Positions 1 through 8,952 of a stretch of 64,000 nt of DNA are shown piece by piece (the first letter of the stretch is position 1; every line of letters begins with the position of its first letter). Made by a program: the position numbers and the translations under genes. The notes under the pieces are model-generated. The model had not been told where the DNA came from. It searched no databases and worked only from the letters and a program-made list of their open reading frames with translations. The stretch is taken from positions 1 through 64,000 of the forward strand of contig JBGCFM010000062.1 in NCBI GenBank assembly GCA_045106895.1, written 5' to 3'. Source of the DNA: Polyangiales bacterium (GTDB taxonomy: Bacteria; Myxococcota_A; Polyangia; Polyangiales; Houyiibacteriaceae).

Positions 1-1
1 T

Positions 2-199
2 CCTCGCCAGCTCATGGTTGGGTACGAGTGCGAAGCCACCAGTCGCGACGTTTCCCTCGACGACGAAGAGCTTTCCGAGTTTCGATGGTGCTCACGGCAA
101 GAAGCCCGAGACGCCCTCGCTCGAAAGGCGGACTTCTTCGTTCCGCCACCGCTCTCCCTGGCCCACGGGCTCATCCAAGCCTTCGCTGCGGACGAGTAG
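2..199 (+). CDS. nudC: NADH pyrophosphatase (Nudix) C-terminal part, truncated by window start
   Basis: Frame 2 reads PRQLMVGY...DDEELSEFRW...PPPLSLAHGLI, matching the NudC C-terminus (PxSLMxG...ELxxARW...PPxxSIAxxLI). Confidence 0.75.
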   Translation, partial: PRQLMVGYECEATSRDVSLDDEELSEFRWCSRQEARDALARKADFFVPPPLSLAHGLIQAFAADE

Positions 200-243
200 C
201 TTAAATCAGTTCTCTCGGAACGTTTGTCGGTACCCTTCCGGCG

Positions 244-1227
244 ATGAACGCACGCGCAGTCCGAATCCGAGAAGCGGGTGGCCCCGAAGTTCTTGAGCTT
301 GGCGAGATCACCATCCGGCCGCCTGGGCCGCACGAAGTCCGCGTCGCGGTGCGAGCGGCCGGACTGAATCGGGCGGACTGCCTTCAGCGTCGCGGCGTCT
401 ACCCAGCGCCCAAAGGAATCGTTCCGGATGTTCCTGGGCTTGAGTACGCCGGCGAAATCGAAGTATGCGGCGAAGCCGTGACCGAACTCGAGGTGGGTCA
501 GCGCGTCATGGGAATCGTCGCCGGCGGCGGCATGGCCACGCATCTCGTTGTGCACGCGCGAGAGTGTGTTCCGGTGCCGAAGAGCATGTCCTTCGAGGAT
601 GCCGCGGCGATCCCCGAAGCGTTCTTCACCGCATACGACGCTCTCGTTCTGCAAGGCGGAATGGTGAGCGGCGATCACGTTCTGATACACGCAGCCGGTA
701 GCGGCGTGGGCACGGCCGCGATTCAAATCGCGCGAGCTCTTGGCGGGCGCACGATGGGCACTTCACGAACCGCCGAGAAGCTCTCGCGCTGTTCCGAACT
801 TGGTCTCGACCATGAGCTACTCGTGACGGAAGGAACCTTCGCAAAGCGTGTTCGCGGGCTCGGCGGCGCGGACCTGATCCTCGACACCATCGGCGCCAAG
901 TACCTGAGTGACAACATCGCGTCGCTGCGTGCCGGAGGACGCATCGTCGTCATCGGTCTCCTGGGCGGCATCAAAGGTGAGCTCAACCTGGGTCAGCTGC
1001 TCGGAAAACGCGGGACGATTCACGGGAGCGTACTTCGCTCCCGGCCACTGGAAGAAAAGATCGCCCTAGCTCAGCTCTTCGCGAAGCGTGTGCTGCCTTT
1101 GTTCGAACGAGGCGCACTTCGCCCCGTCATCGACACTGTGATGGACATGAATGGGGTTCAGGCCGCCCACACTAAGATGGAGGCAGGGAAAACCTTCGGG
1201 AAAATCGTCCTCCGCTGGAACGAGTGA
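244..1227 (+). CDS. NAD(P)H-quinone oxidoreductase, PIG3/MDR family
   Basis: AAGLNRAD, YPAP, PGLEYAG, IPEAFFTA, HAAGSGVGTAA and GKIVL motifs. Confidence 0.93.
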   Translation: MNARAVRIREAGGPEVLELGEITIRPPGPHEVRVAVRAAGLNRADCLQRRGVYPAPKGIVPDVPGLEYAGEIEVCGEAVTELEVGQRVMGIVAGGGMATHLVVHARECVPVPKSMSFEDAAAIPEAFFTAYDALVLQGGMVSGDHVLIHAAGSGVGTAAIQIARALGGRTMGTSRTAEKLSRCSELGLDHELLVTEGTFAKRVRGLGGADLILDTIGAKYLSDNIASLRAGGRIVVIGLLGGIKGELNLGQLLGKRGTIHGSVLRSRPLEEKIALAQLFAKRVLPLFERGALRPVIDTVMDMNGVQAAHTKMEAGKTFGKIVLRWNE

Positions 1228-1273
1228 GAACTCCGGCGGGAAGAACTACGGACGTGGAAGCGTAGTATCGACG

Positions 1274-1945
1274 ATGGGCAGGAAGTGGAAGGGGTACTTC
1301 GTGCGCAGAGCGCGGCGTGGAGCGGTGGCCTACATCGTCTTCGGCGGGCTCATCGTCCACGTCGTCGTGATGAGCACGGTCATGGGTGGTCTCCCAGACC
1401 GGCTCTGGGCCATCGCCGTGGGGACCATCGTCGCGCTCTTCGGTGTCGCACTGATCGGCGCCGGCATCCGGTACTGGGGCGGGTATCGGCACCCTATCTT
1501 TCGCGCGCTGGGCGATGATGCTCCAGAACGTCTGGGTAAGGCCGTCGGCGAGGTCGAGCGCGAGATGGAACGCGCCCAGGTCTTCGGCAGCTGGGACGGC
1601 CGAGTCTACGTGAGCGACCATTGGCTTCTGTCTGGAGGAGTCCTCGTACGGCTCTCGGATCTCGTCTGGCTGTACCCCAAGACCACGAAGCACTCGGTCA
1701 ATCTCATACCCACGGGCACCACTCGCTCCGTCGAACTCTTCACCACAGACCGGAGCGGCTACCGACTGCTCCCGCTTACGGTGAACGCGCACGAGGGCGC
1801 CGATGCGCTCTATGCGGAGCTACTCAAGCGCGCACCGTGGGCTTTCGCTGGTTTCCGCCCGGAGTGGCGCGAGCAGTGGGAGCGGATCGCGCGTGAGGTC
1901 GAGTCCAAGGTCGCCGCCCGGCAGTCCGAGTCATACCGCGACTAG
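1274..1945 (+). CDS. Membrane protein with 2 N-terminal TM helices and a soluble domain (DUF6709-like)
   Basis: ATG 1274 follows the upstream stop; two hydrophobic helices, then DLVWLYPKTTKHSVNLIPTG. DUF assignment is from memory. Confidence 0.65.
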   Translation: MGRKWKGYFVRRARRGAVAYIVFGGLIVHVVVMSTVMGGLPDRLWAIAVGTIVALFGVALIGAGIRYWGGYRHPIFRALGDDAPERLGKAVGEVEREMERAQVFGSWDGRVYVSDHWLLSGGVLVRLSDLVWLYPKTTKHSVNLIPTGTTRSVELFTTDRSGYRLLPLTVNAHEGADALYAELLKRAPWAFAGFRPEWREQWERIAREVESKVAARQSESYRD

Positions 1946-1949
1946 CTCG

Positions 1950-2363
1950 CTAGGCAGCGGCGGCGTGGGCTTCCCAGGTGACAACAACACTCGGAAGCAA
2001 CATCGACGCGACGGAGCAGTACTTCTCCACGCTGAGCTTCACGGCGCGCTGCAGCTTGTTGTCGGGAATCTCTCCGCCAACTTCGTAGCGAAGGTGCACC
2101 GACTCGTAGACCGCTGGGGTCGCGTCGGCACGTGTGCCCTCCACGGAGACTCGAAGCGATGTGAGGGTGTGCTTTTGCTTCTCGAGAATGAGCACGACGT
2201 CGATGGACGCGCAGCCCGCGAGGCTCGCCAGGAACATCTCCATGGGACGCATGCCGGCGCCAATCCCGCCATGCTTCTCAGGACCATCCAGGGTGACTTT
2301 GACGCCGTCTTCACTGACGGCTTCGAAGGCCATCGCGCCGGTTCGAGTGAGCTCGAGCTTCAT
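1950..2363 (-). CDS. OsmC/YhfA family protein
   Basis: RPMEMFLASLAGCASIDV and LSVEKYCSV (two conserved Cys); ATGA overlap with the cysM stop. Confidence 0.92.
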   Translation of the reverse strand: MKLELTRTGAMAFEAVSEDGVKVTLDGPEKHGGIGAGMRPMEMFLASLAGCASIDVVLILEKQKHTLTSLRVSVEGTRADATPAVYESVHLRYEVGGEIPDNKLQRAVKLSVEKYCSVASMLLPSVVVTWEAHAAAA

Positions 2364-3274
2364 TGGACGAGCTCAAGTTCGCCGGCTCCATCAAAGAGCG
2401 GAGAGGAGAGGTAGCGGTCGCCGCGGTCGCACAGGACGCAGACGAGAAGCCCGCGCTCGAGCGTCGCGGCCACGCGCTGTCCACCGAGGGCGGCTCCGGC
2501 CGCGCTGGCGCCGACGAAGATGCCGTGCTTGGACGCGAGAAGACGCGCGTGCGTTTCGGCATCTGTCTGGTTCATGTCGATGACCTCGTCGACGCGTTCC
2601 GGCTCAAAGATCTTCGGAAGGTACTCTTTGGGCCAGCGGCGGATGCCGGGAATGCGTGAGCCGTCTTCGGGCTGAAGACCGACGATGCGGACGGCTTCGT
2701 TTTGTTCTTTGAGATAGCGGCTCACGCCCATGATGGTGCCCGTCGTGCCCATCGCTGAAACGAAGTGCGTGATCTTGCCCTCGGTGTCGCGCCAGATCTC
2801 CGGGCCCGTCGTCTCGTAGTGAGCGCGCCAATTGTCGCCGTTGGAGAACTGATCGAGCATCAAGTAGTCGCCGCCGGCCGCTCGGTCGCGCGCAAAGTCG
2901 ATGGCCGCCTCCATGCCTCCGTCGGCGGGGGTCAGCACGACCTTGGCGCCGAGGCCACGCATCGTCTTCACGCGCTCGGCGGTGCTGCTCGCAGGCATCA
3001 CAAGCTCGATGTCGAAACCGCGGGCGGCGGCGATCATCGCCAGCGCGATGCCGGTGTTTCCGCTCGTTGGCTCGATGAGCGTCATGCCTGGCTTCAGGTC
3101 GCCGCGCTCCTCGGCCCGCCGGACCATGGACCACGCGGCGCGGTCTTTGACACTGCTGCCGGGGTTATTGCCCTCCATTTTGCCGAAGAGGCGAACCTCC
3201 GGGTTGTCCGTTCCCGTGGGGAGTTCCACGAGCGGAGTGGAGCCAATGCGATCCGTGATGGACGTTCCAGTCAT
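2360..3274 (-). CDS. cysM: Cysteine synthase B
   Basis: KMEGNNPGSSVKDR (PLP Lys), EPTSGNTG, MGTTGT and IPGIRRWPKEYLP, typical of CysM. Confidence 0.93.
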   Translation of the reverse strand: MTGTSITDRIGSTPLVELPTGTDNPEVRLFGKMEGNNPGSSVKDRAAWSMVRRAEERGDLKPGMTLIEPTSGNTGIALAMIAAARGFDIELVMPASSTAERVKTMRGLGAKVVLTPADGGMEAAIDFARDRAAGGDYLMLDQFSNGDNWRAHYETTGPEIWRDTEGKITHFVSAMGTTGTIMGVSRYLKEQNEAVRIVGLQPEDGSRIPGIRRWPKEYLPKIFEPERVDEVIDMNQTDAETHARLLASKHGIFVGASAAGAALGGQRVAATLERGLLVCVLCDRGDRYLSSPLFDGAGELELVQ

Positions 3275-3387
3275 GGCCAAGGCGTAGCGCGGAGAGGTGC
3301 AGCCGGCTAGTCAGGCCTCCTGGGGCTTGTGTTTCGACTGGCGACGCGAGGGACTCAACCCCATGATCGGGCGCGAAGGAAGCTCTT

Positions 3388-4299
3388 GTGAAGGAAGAAC
3401 GCGCTCACCCCCCCAGTCTCGTGACGGAACCGACGAACTATCGGGGCCTCGAGGCGTGTATCGATTCCATCGTCGAGAGCTATAAGGGCGACGAGCCCAT
3501 CAATAACCTCGAAAGTTCGAGCCTCCCCAACAAGCAGAAGGTCATCAAGGGACTCCTCGAGCTCGAACCGATCCTCTACATGGGCTTCTTCGCCACCCGC
3601 GCGCTCAACCACGACAACCTTCGGCATGAGCTTGCTGAACACATGTATCGCGCCCACGACATCCTGGTCGCGCAGATCGAACGAGCCCTCACCTACGAGC
3701 ATTGGGTGGGTCGTTGCAGCGAGTGCCCTCAAGCGGGCGACGGCGAGAAGGTGGTTCTGCAGCTCTTCCACGCGCTCCCGGAGGTGCGGCGGCTGCTGAG
3801 CTTGGACCTTCAGGCGGCCTTCGAAGGAGATCCCGCGGCCGAGAGCATCGAAGAGATCGTCTTCTCGTACCCTTCGGTGAAGGCCATCACGGCGTACCGA
3901 ATCGCCCACGAGCTCTGGAAGCTCAAGGTTCCCTTGCTCCCACGTATTCTCACGGAATACGCCCACAGCCGAACCGGCGTAGACCTTCATCCGGGCGCTG
4001 AGATCGGCGAGAGCTTCTTCATCGACCACGGCACTGGCGTTGTTATCGGGTCGACGAGCATCATCGGGGACCGGGTCAAGCTCTACCAAGGTGTCACCTT
4101 AGGCGCGCTCTCTGTTCCGGCGCGCGATGCGGCGAAGGAAAAGCGACACCCCACGCTCGAAGACGACGTCACGGTCTACGCCGGCGCGACGATCCTGGGC
4201 GGCGAGACCGTCATCGGCGAGGGCAGCGTCATCGGGGCCAACGTATGGGTGGTCAAGAGCGTCGAAGCTGGCTCGAAGGTCTTTGGGCGCTCCCGCTAA
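3388..4299 (+). CDS. cysE: Serine O-acetyltransferase (long CysE/EpsC type)
   Basis: [36 protein letters not shown] and KRHPT hexapeptide region; divergent from cysM. Confidence 0.93.
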   Translation: MKEERAHPPSLVTEPTNYRGLEACIDSIVESYKGDEPINNLESSSLPNKQKVIKGLLELEPILYMGFFATRALNHDNLRHELAEHMYRAHDILVAQIERALTYEHWVGRCSECPQAGDGEKVVLQLFHALPEVRRLLSLDLQAAFEGDPAAESIEEIVFSYPSVKAITAYRIAHELWKLKVPLLPRILTEYAHSRTGVDLHPGAEIGESFFIDHGTGVVIGSTSIIGDRVKLYQGVTLGALSVPARDAAKEKRHPTLEDDVTVYAGATILGGETVIGEGSVIGANVWVVKSVEAGSKVFGRSR

Positions 4300-4308
4300 C
4301 CAGCCGCC

Positions 4309-5682
4309 ATGAAAACTGAACTGAGAAGGCTGGTGGCGCTCGCCGCCCCGCTTGCTGTGCTGCAAATCGCTATGAGTGCACTCGGCGTCGTCGGCATGGC
4401 CGTGGTGGGTGAGCTCGGCGTTCATCCGGAGCTCGGGCTGAACGCGGCCGTCGAACAAGGCGCCGTTGGCCTCGGCAATACGCTCTTCTTCGCCGTGGCT
4501 GTTCTCGGCATGGGCGTCGTTTTTGGCTTTGACCCACTTATTTCCCAAGCCGTTGGAGCCGGCGAAGACGAGGGCGCACGCCGTCTCACGTGGCAAGCGG
4601 GCTATATGGCCGTTGGCGCAGCGCTCCTACTGATGTTGCTGATGGTCGTCGTCGTTCTGCTGTTGCCATCCACGGCACTGGAAGCGCAAACCGCGGAGGC
4701 CACGGGGCGTTATCTCTTGTGGAGGGCCCCTTCTCTTCTGCCATTCCTCGTCTCCGCGGCGGCGCGGGCGTATCTCCAGTCCATTGGGCGAACGCGGCCG
4801 CTCATCCTCGCCGCGCTCGTCGCTAACTTGGTCAATATTCCGCTCTCGTTGAGCCTCGTCCTGGGAGACGCCGGACTCGCGCGCATGGGTATCCCTGCCC
4901 TTGGCCTCCCGGCCCTTGGCGCAAGTGGGGCGGCTGTCTCCGCATCGGTCTCCTTGGCCGTGATGGGTCTCTTATTGCTGCACGCCACCTCAAAGGTGGG
5001 GCACTTCGACAAAGCCCCGCCCGACAAGGCCGTGCTCCGCCGTGGCCTCTCTTTGGGCGCTCCCTTAAGCCTGCAGCTCGGCGCGGAGGTCGGCGCCTTT
5101 GCGCTTGTGTCCTATTTCGCAGGTACCTTGGGAGCCGCCGTCCTCGCAGCCCATCACATCGCACTAAGCCTCGCGAGCATTCCCTTCCAAATCAGCATCG
5201 CTCTCGGCGCGGCGGCGGCGGTCCGCGTTGGCGTGGTCATCGGGGAGGGGAAGGACCCCGCCGGTCCGCGTCGCGCTGGGTATTGCGCGATTGGCCTCGG
5301 GGCACTTCTCTCCTGCCTCGCGGGGACTCTCTTCGCCACAATGCCCGGCTCTTTCGCGAAGCTACTGGCGACGGACGCGGATGTGCTTCAGGCGGCGGCG
5401 TCTCTCATCATCATCGCCGCAGCGTTTCAGCTGGTGGATGGAGCGCAGGCGATCACCGCGGGCGCTCTTCGCGGCGCCGGCGACACGCGCGCCACCATGC
5501 TCGCGAATATTGCGGGTCACTACGGCATCGGGCTGCCCATCGGCGTCACCTGGTGCTTCATCTACGACGGTGGCGCCCCGGCACTCTGGTGGGGGCTCAG
5601 CGCCGGGCTTGCCGTTGTCAGCGTACTCCTCGTCGCTCGTTTCCACTGGGTCAGCGGCGGCGGGCGCCTCTCCCGCGTCTGA
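4309..5682 (+). CDS. MATE family efflux transporter (NorM-like)
   Basis: About 12 hydrophobic segments; PLISQAVGAG, GAEVGAF, AFQLVDGAQ, GALRGAGDTR. Confidence 0.92.
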   Translation: MKTELRRLVALAAPLAVLQIAMSALGVVGMAVVGELGVHPELGLNAAVEQGAVGLGNTLFFAVAVLGMGVVFGFDPLISQAVGAGEDEGARRLTWQAGYMAVGAALLLMLLMVVVVLLLPSTALEAQTAEATGRYLLWRAPSLLPFLVSAAARAYLQSIGRTRPLILAALVANLVNIPLSLSLVLGDAGLARMGIPALGLPALGASGAAVSASVSLAVMGLLLLHATSKVGHFDKAPPDKAVLRRGLSLGAPLSLQLGAEVGAFALVSYFAGTLGAAVLAAHHIALSLASIPFQISIALGAAAAVRVGVVIGEGKDPAGPRRAGYCAIGLGALLSCLAGTLFATMPGSFAKLLATDADVLQAAASLIIIAAAFQLVDGAQAITAGALRGAGDTRATMLANIAGHYGIGLPIGVTWCFIYDGGAPALWWGLSAGLAVVSVLLVARFHWVSGGGRLSRV

Positions 5683-7309
5683 CGCGAGCCACCCCCCAAA
5701 GCCCCCAAAGAGCTAAGATCATTGGGAAAGTGCCCGAAGCAGAGCCCACGCTGCAGCCGGAGTCCACCAGCTCCGCCACCTGCGTTTGAGGTGACGTGGG
5801 TTCGGTGGGCCGCTCGGCGGCGCTGGGCTCGGCGGTGCTGGGCTCGGTGGTGCTGGGCTCGGCGGTGCTGGGCTCCGCCGCAGGCACGTTCGCTTGGTCG
5901 GGAGCGGCGGCGGGCTCCGGCGCCGCAGCGGGTGCCGGCTCCAGCAGAGGCGGCCAGCCCGGCGGCGCCGACGACCCTGCCGCGATGCCTAGCGACTCGA
6001 CGTCGTCCAAGAGCAGCTCACCCGGCCAACGTGTCTCCGCGCTCTCCCAGATCGACTCGGCGGTGGCGTAGCGACGCGCCAAGCGACGTTGTCGGTGCGC
6101 GTTGGCGCAGCTCGAGTGACGGACAAGAAAACGAACGTAGAACCCGCTGTTGCCCCGTCGTGCCCAGACTCGCGGGACGAAGCGGTGGGGATGCGGCATA
6201 CGAAGTGGCGCTGCCGCGGCACGAAGAGTGAGGTCATCGTGTTGGTTTGGGGCAAAGCGGTGGCGCATGCGGGTCAGAGTCCACTGGCCGCTCTCGCGCG
6301 CACGCTGCGAGAGGCCGAGGCGGCGGATGTGATGGTAGCCGACGCGGTGGCCCAAGCGGAACGCGTACTCCGTCACGACGGCGCCCGGCTTCTGCCGAAA
6401 CTGCTCGTCCATGAGCGCGCCGTAGAGCTCAGCGACGCTGCCCGCGGCCTCTCGTCCCAGGCGAAGTTCCGTCGGCGCGACGACCGATTCGCGGTTCGCC
6501 ACTTCGTAGTGCTCCCCCTTCGCCAAGACGTAGAGAAGCAGCTCCTGCTCCCCTGGACTGTTGATCGTCCCAAGGCGCACGGGCACCACTAAACTATCGG
6601 ATTCATAGGACAATTGAATAGGCGAGAGCACCATTCGGTCGGCCACGACGTGAGCTCGTGTCGGGTCCACGGTGGCAAAAACGAAGCGATGTCCCGTCTC
6701 GATGTACGCACGCAGGGCAGGCTCGGCGGCGGCGGGAAGATTGAGACCTCGCTCACGAACGAAGTCGAGGAGGCTTGTCGACTCCGTCGCGCTAAGGACC
6801 GAGATGTCGTACTCGTCGAGGGCCCACTCGTCGACAACCTCGACCGGCGGCTCCGTGGGCTCAGCGAAGCTCACGCCACCACCGCCGCCGCCGCCCGTGC
6901 TGCTGAGACTGACCGCCCCCCGAGCCCTACGCCGACGTGGGCGACGACATCCCGGAAATACGTGCTGGACCCGCGGCGCCGTGAGGCGGTCGAGGTTTCG
7001 AAAGATCGACCCGGGCACCGTCTGAACCTGATCTCGCTCGATAGACGTAGGGACCGGCAAGATCATCGAGATTGGGACTTTGGGGCCGTCGTAGGCTGGC
7101 TCCATGGTGAGAACGGTCTTCACTCCATCGCGCACGATGAACACCGCCGCCGACGGGCTGTAGCCTGGGTCGCTGGTGATCCCGGTGTTGACGCTGCCGG
7201 CCTGCACGGTCGGTCTCCGGAAGACCATGCACGCGCACAGAGCGGACGCGGAGCGAGGCGCGGGGAGAAGAGTCGCGACGAGGAAAACGGCGAAGACGAG
7301 CAGACGCAT
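5651..7309 (-). CDS. Secreted DUF2330-like protein with Pro/Glu linker and MYXO-CTERM-like tail
   Basis: Signal peptide from ATG 7309; MILPVP, YDISVLSA, P(I)QLSYES, VPVRLG and TLTRM motifs; C-terminus SGCSVG...ILALWGLWGVARVRRGR. Confidence 0.8.
   Translation of the reverse strand: MRLLVFAVFLVATLLPAPRSASALCACMVFRRPTVQAGSVNTGITSDPGYSPSAAVFIVRDGVKTVLTMEPAYDGPKVPISMILPVPTSIERDQVQTVPGSIFRNLDRLTAPRVQHVFPGCRRPRRRRARGAVSLSSTGGGGGGGVSFAEPTEPPVEVVDEWALDEYDISVLSATESTSLLDFVRERGLNLPAAAEPALRAYIETGHRFVFATVDPTRAHVVADRMVLSPIQLSYESDSLVVPVRLGTINSPGEQELLLYVLAKGEHYEVANRESVVAPTELRLGREAAGSVAELYGALMDEQFRQKPGAVVTEYAFRLGHRVGYHHIRRLGLSQRARESGQWTLTRMRHRFAPNQHDDLTLRAAAAPLRMPHPHRFVPRVWARRGNSGFYVRFLVRHSSCANAHRQRRLARRYATAESIWESAETRWPGELLLDDVESLGIAAGSSAPPGWPPLLEPAPAAAPEPAAAPDQANVPAAEPSTAEPSTTEPSTAEPSAAERPTEPTSPQTQVAELVDSGCSVGSASGTFPMILALWGLWGVARVRRGRGARRR
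5812..5875. repeat. 15-bp tandem repeat x4 (gctcggyggygctgg) encoding (A/T)EPS(T/A) in the linker
   Basis: Read directly at 5812-5871 plus a partial unit. Confidence 0.9.
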
Positions 7310-7396
7310 GCGCCTACGACCCGCGAAGAGGGTGATCCGTGGGTCCTTTTTTCCCCTTTCGAGCCTTCTGTATACGCGAGCCACAAAGCACCGTAA

Positions 7397-8851
7397 TTAC
7401 TCAACTTTTGTCGCACAAGGGGCAAAGCGGACGGGAACGAGCTCTCCTGACTCGATGCGTCCGCGGAGAACTCGGCGCAAGACCTTTCGGGATGGCCCCA
7501 GGGGCAACTCGGACAGGATCACGTACTCACGAGGCTGCTCCGGCTTCGCCAACCTCGAAGCTATATACCTGAATACATTGGACATTTCGCCGTCCGCCGC
7601 CGAACTCATGACCAGAACGGCGACGAGCTCCTCGCCTAAACGCGCGTCCGGGCGACCCACCACGGCGGCCTCCAGGACGCTTGGCACCTCACGAAGCACC
7701 CCTTCCACGTTCGCCGGGACCACGTTGTGACCTCCGCGGATGATGAGGTCCTTCAGGCGGTCGAGCACGCGCACGCAGCCAGCGTCATCGATCACGCCGA
7801 GGTCTCCGCTTCGAAGCCAACCATCCTCGAACGCCTCCGACGTGGCTTCGTCATCGTGGAGGTATCCACTCATCACGTTCGTGCCGCGAATCTGAATCTC
7901 ACGTCGCTGGATTCGAACCTCGACGCCGGGCGACGGAAGCCCACATGAGCCGACGGTGTTTTGATGGTGCGGTGCGTCGATGGAAGTGAACGACGCCTCC
8001 GTCAAACCGTAACCTTCTCGCACCTCTGCGCCGAGTCGCGCTTCCGCCGCGCGTCGCGTCGCTTCACTCAGCGGCGCACCCGCGCTGAGACACCACCTCA
8101 AAGTTGGTAGCGGCTCTCCCTCTGTCTGCGCCCAGCCGGCGAACATCGTCGGAACACCGGCGATGAACGTGACGTCAAAACGAGCGGCTGCGTCGAGGCT
8201 CGCCTTCGCGTCGAAACGCTCGACGAGGAGGACACGCGCTTTCGCCGCGAAGGTCGCGAGGAGAGTCGTCCGAAGTCCGAAGCTGTGGCAGAGCGGAAGC
8301 GTCGCGAGGACGACGTCGTCGGGCGTGAAACGAAAGGTCTCGCGCACCAAGTTTCGGGTGTGCTCCGAGACGCACCGGTGTGAGATTCGCGCCACCTTCG
8401 AGCGACCGCTCGTTCCCGAAGTGGGTAACCAGAGGGCGTCGCCGCTGGGCGGCTCGATCATGCAAAAACCACTTGTTTTGGATGCATTCTTGTCGCCATC
8501 TGGGGCAATCGAATGGACCTCTGGGGCGAGACTCCGCTCGCAGACAAGCAACTCCGCGCGCACCTCACGGAGCCTTCGAAGGACCTCGGCGTCGGGAAGC
8601 GTCCGGACGAATGGCAGCACCGTCAGACCGGCGTAGGTCGCGCCGAAAAACGCGACGACGAAATCTTGATTGGACTGGAGGAAGACGCCGACGCCATCGC
8701 CGGGTCGCGCGACCTCACCAAGCCGCTCCGCGAAACGAAGAGCGAGTGAGTGGAGCTCGCCGTACGTGACCTGCACATCACCGACGAGGGCAAGGGAGTC
8801 AGGACACTCTCGCGCGGCGTCATACAGAATCGTTCCGACATGATGTTCCAT
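7397..8851 (-). CDS. AMP-dependent acyl-CoA synthetase/ligase
   Basis: TSGTSGRSK, EGYGLTE, WLRSGDLG, DRLKDLIIRGG; start uncertain (8851-8875). Confidence 0.9.
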   Translation of the reverse strand: MEHHVGTILYDAARECPDSLALVGDVQVTYGELHSLALRFAERLGEVARPGDGVGVFLQSNQDFVVAFFGATYAGLTVLPFVRTLPDAEVLRRLREVRAELLVCERSLAPEVHSIAPDGDKNASKTSGFCMIEPPSGDALWLPTSGTSGRSKVARISHRCVSEHTRNLVRETFRFTPDDVVLATLPLCHSFGLRTTLLATFAAKARVLLVERFDAKASLDAAARFDVTFIAGVPTMFAGWAQTEGEPLPTLRWCLSAGAPLSEATRRAAEARLGAEVREGYGLTEASFTSIDAPHHQNTVGSCGLPSPGVEVRIQRREIQIRGTNVMSGYLHDDEATSEAFEDGWLRSGDLGVIDDAGCVRVLDRLKDLIIRGGHNVVPANVEGVLREVPSVLEAAVVGRPDARLGEELVAVLVMSSAADGEMSNVFRYIASRLAKPEQPREYVILSELPLGPSRKVLRRVLRGRIESGELVPVRFAPCATKVE

Positions 8852-8952
8852 CGCGAAGAGCATACGCGTCGCCAACTCATCGGCGATTAAAGTTTCGCGC
8901 CGCCGACTGAAATCGGACGCGCGATCGCGTGCTGCGTACTATGGTCGCCGAC

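Noticed and set aside
1942..1953. CTAGC-TC-GCTAG between convergent stops as a third MITE scar
   Set aside because: Lacks the GTG..GATTC end sequence; explained by two adjacent TAG stops
5812..5875. Short repeats as a possible CRISPR array
   Set aside because: Contiguous in-frame units without spacers; no cas genes in the window
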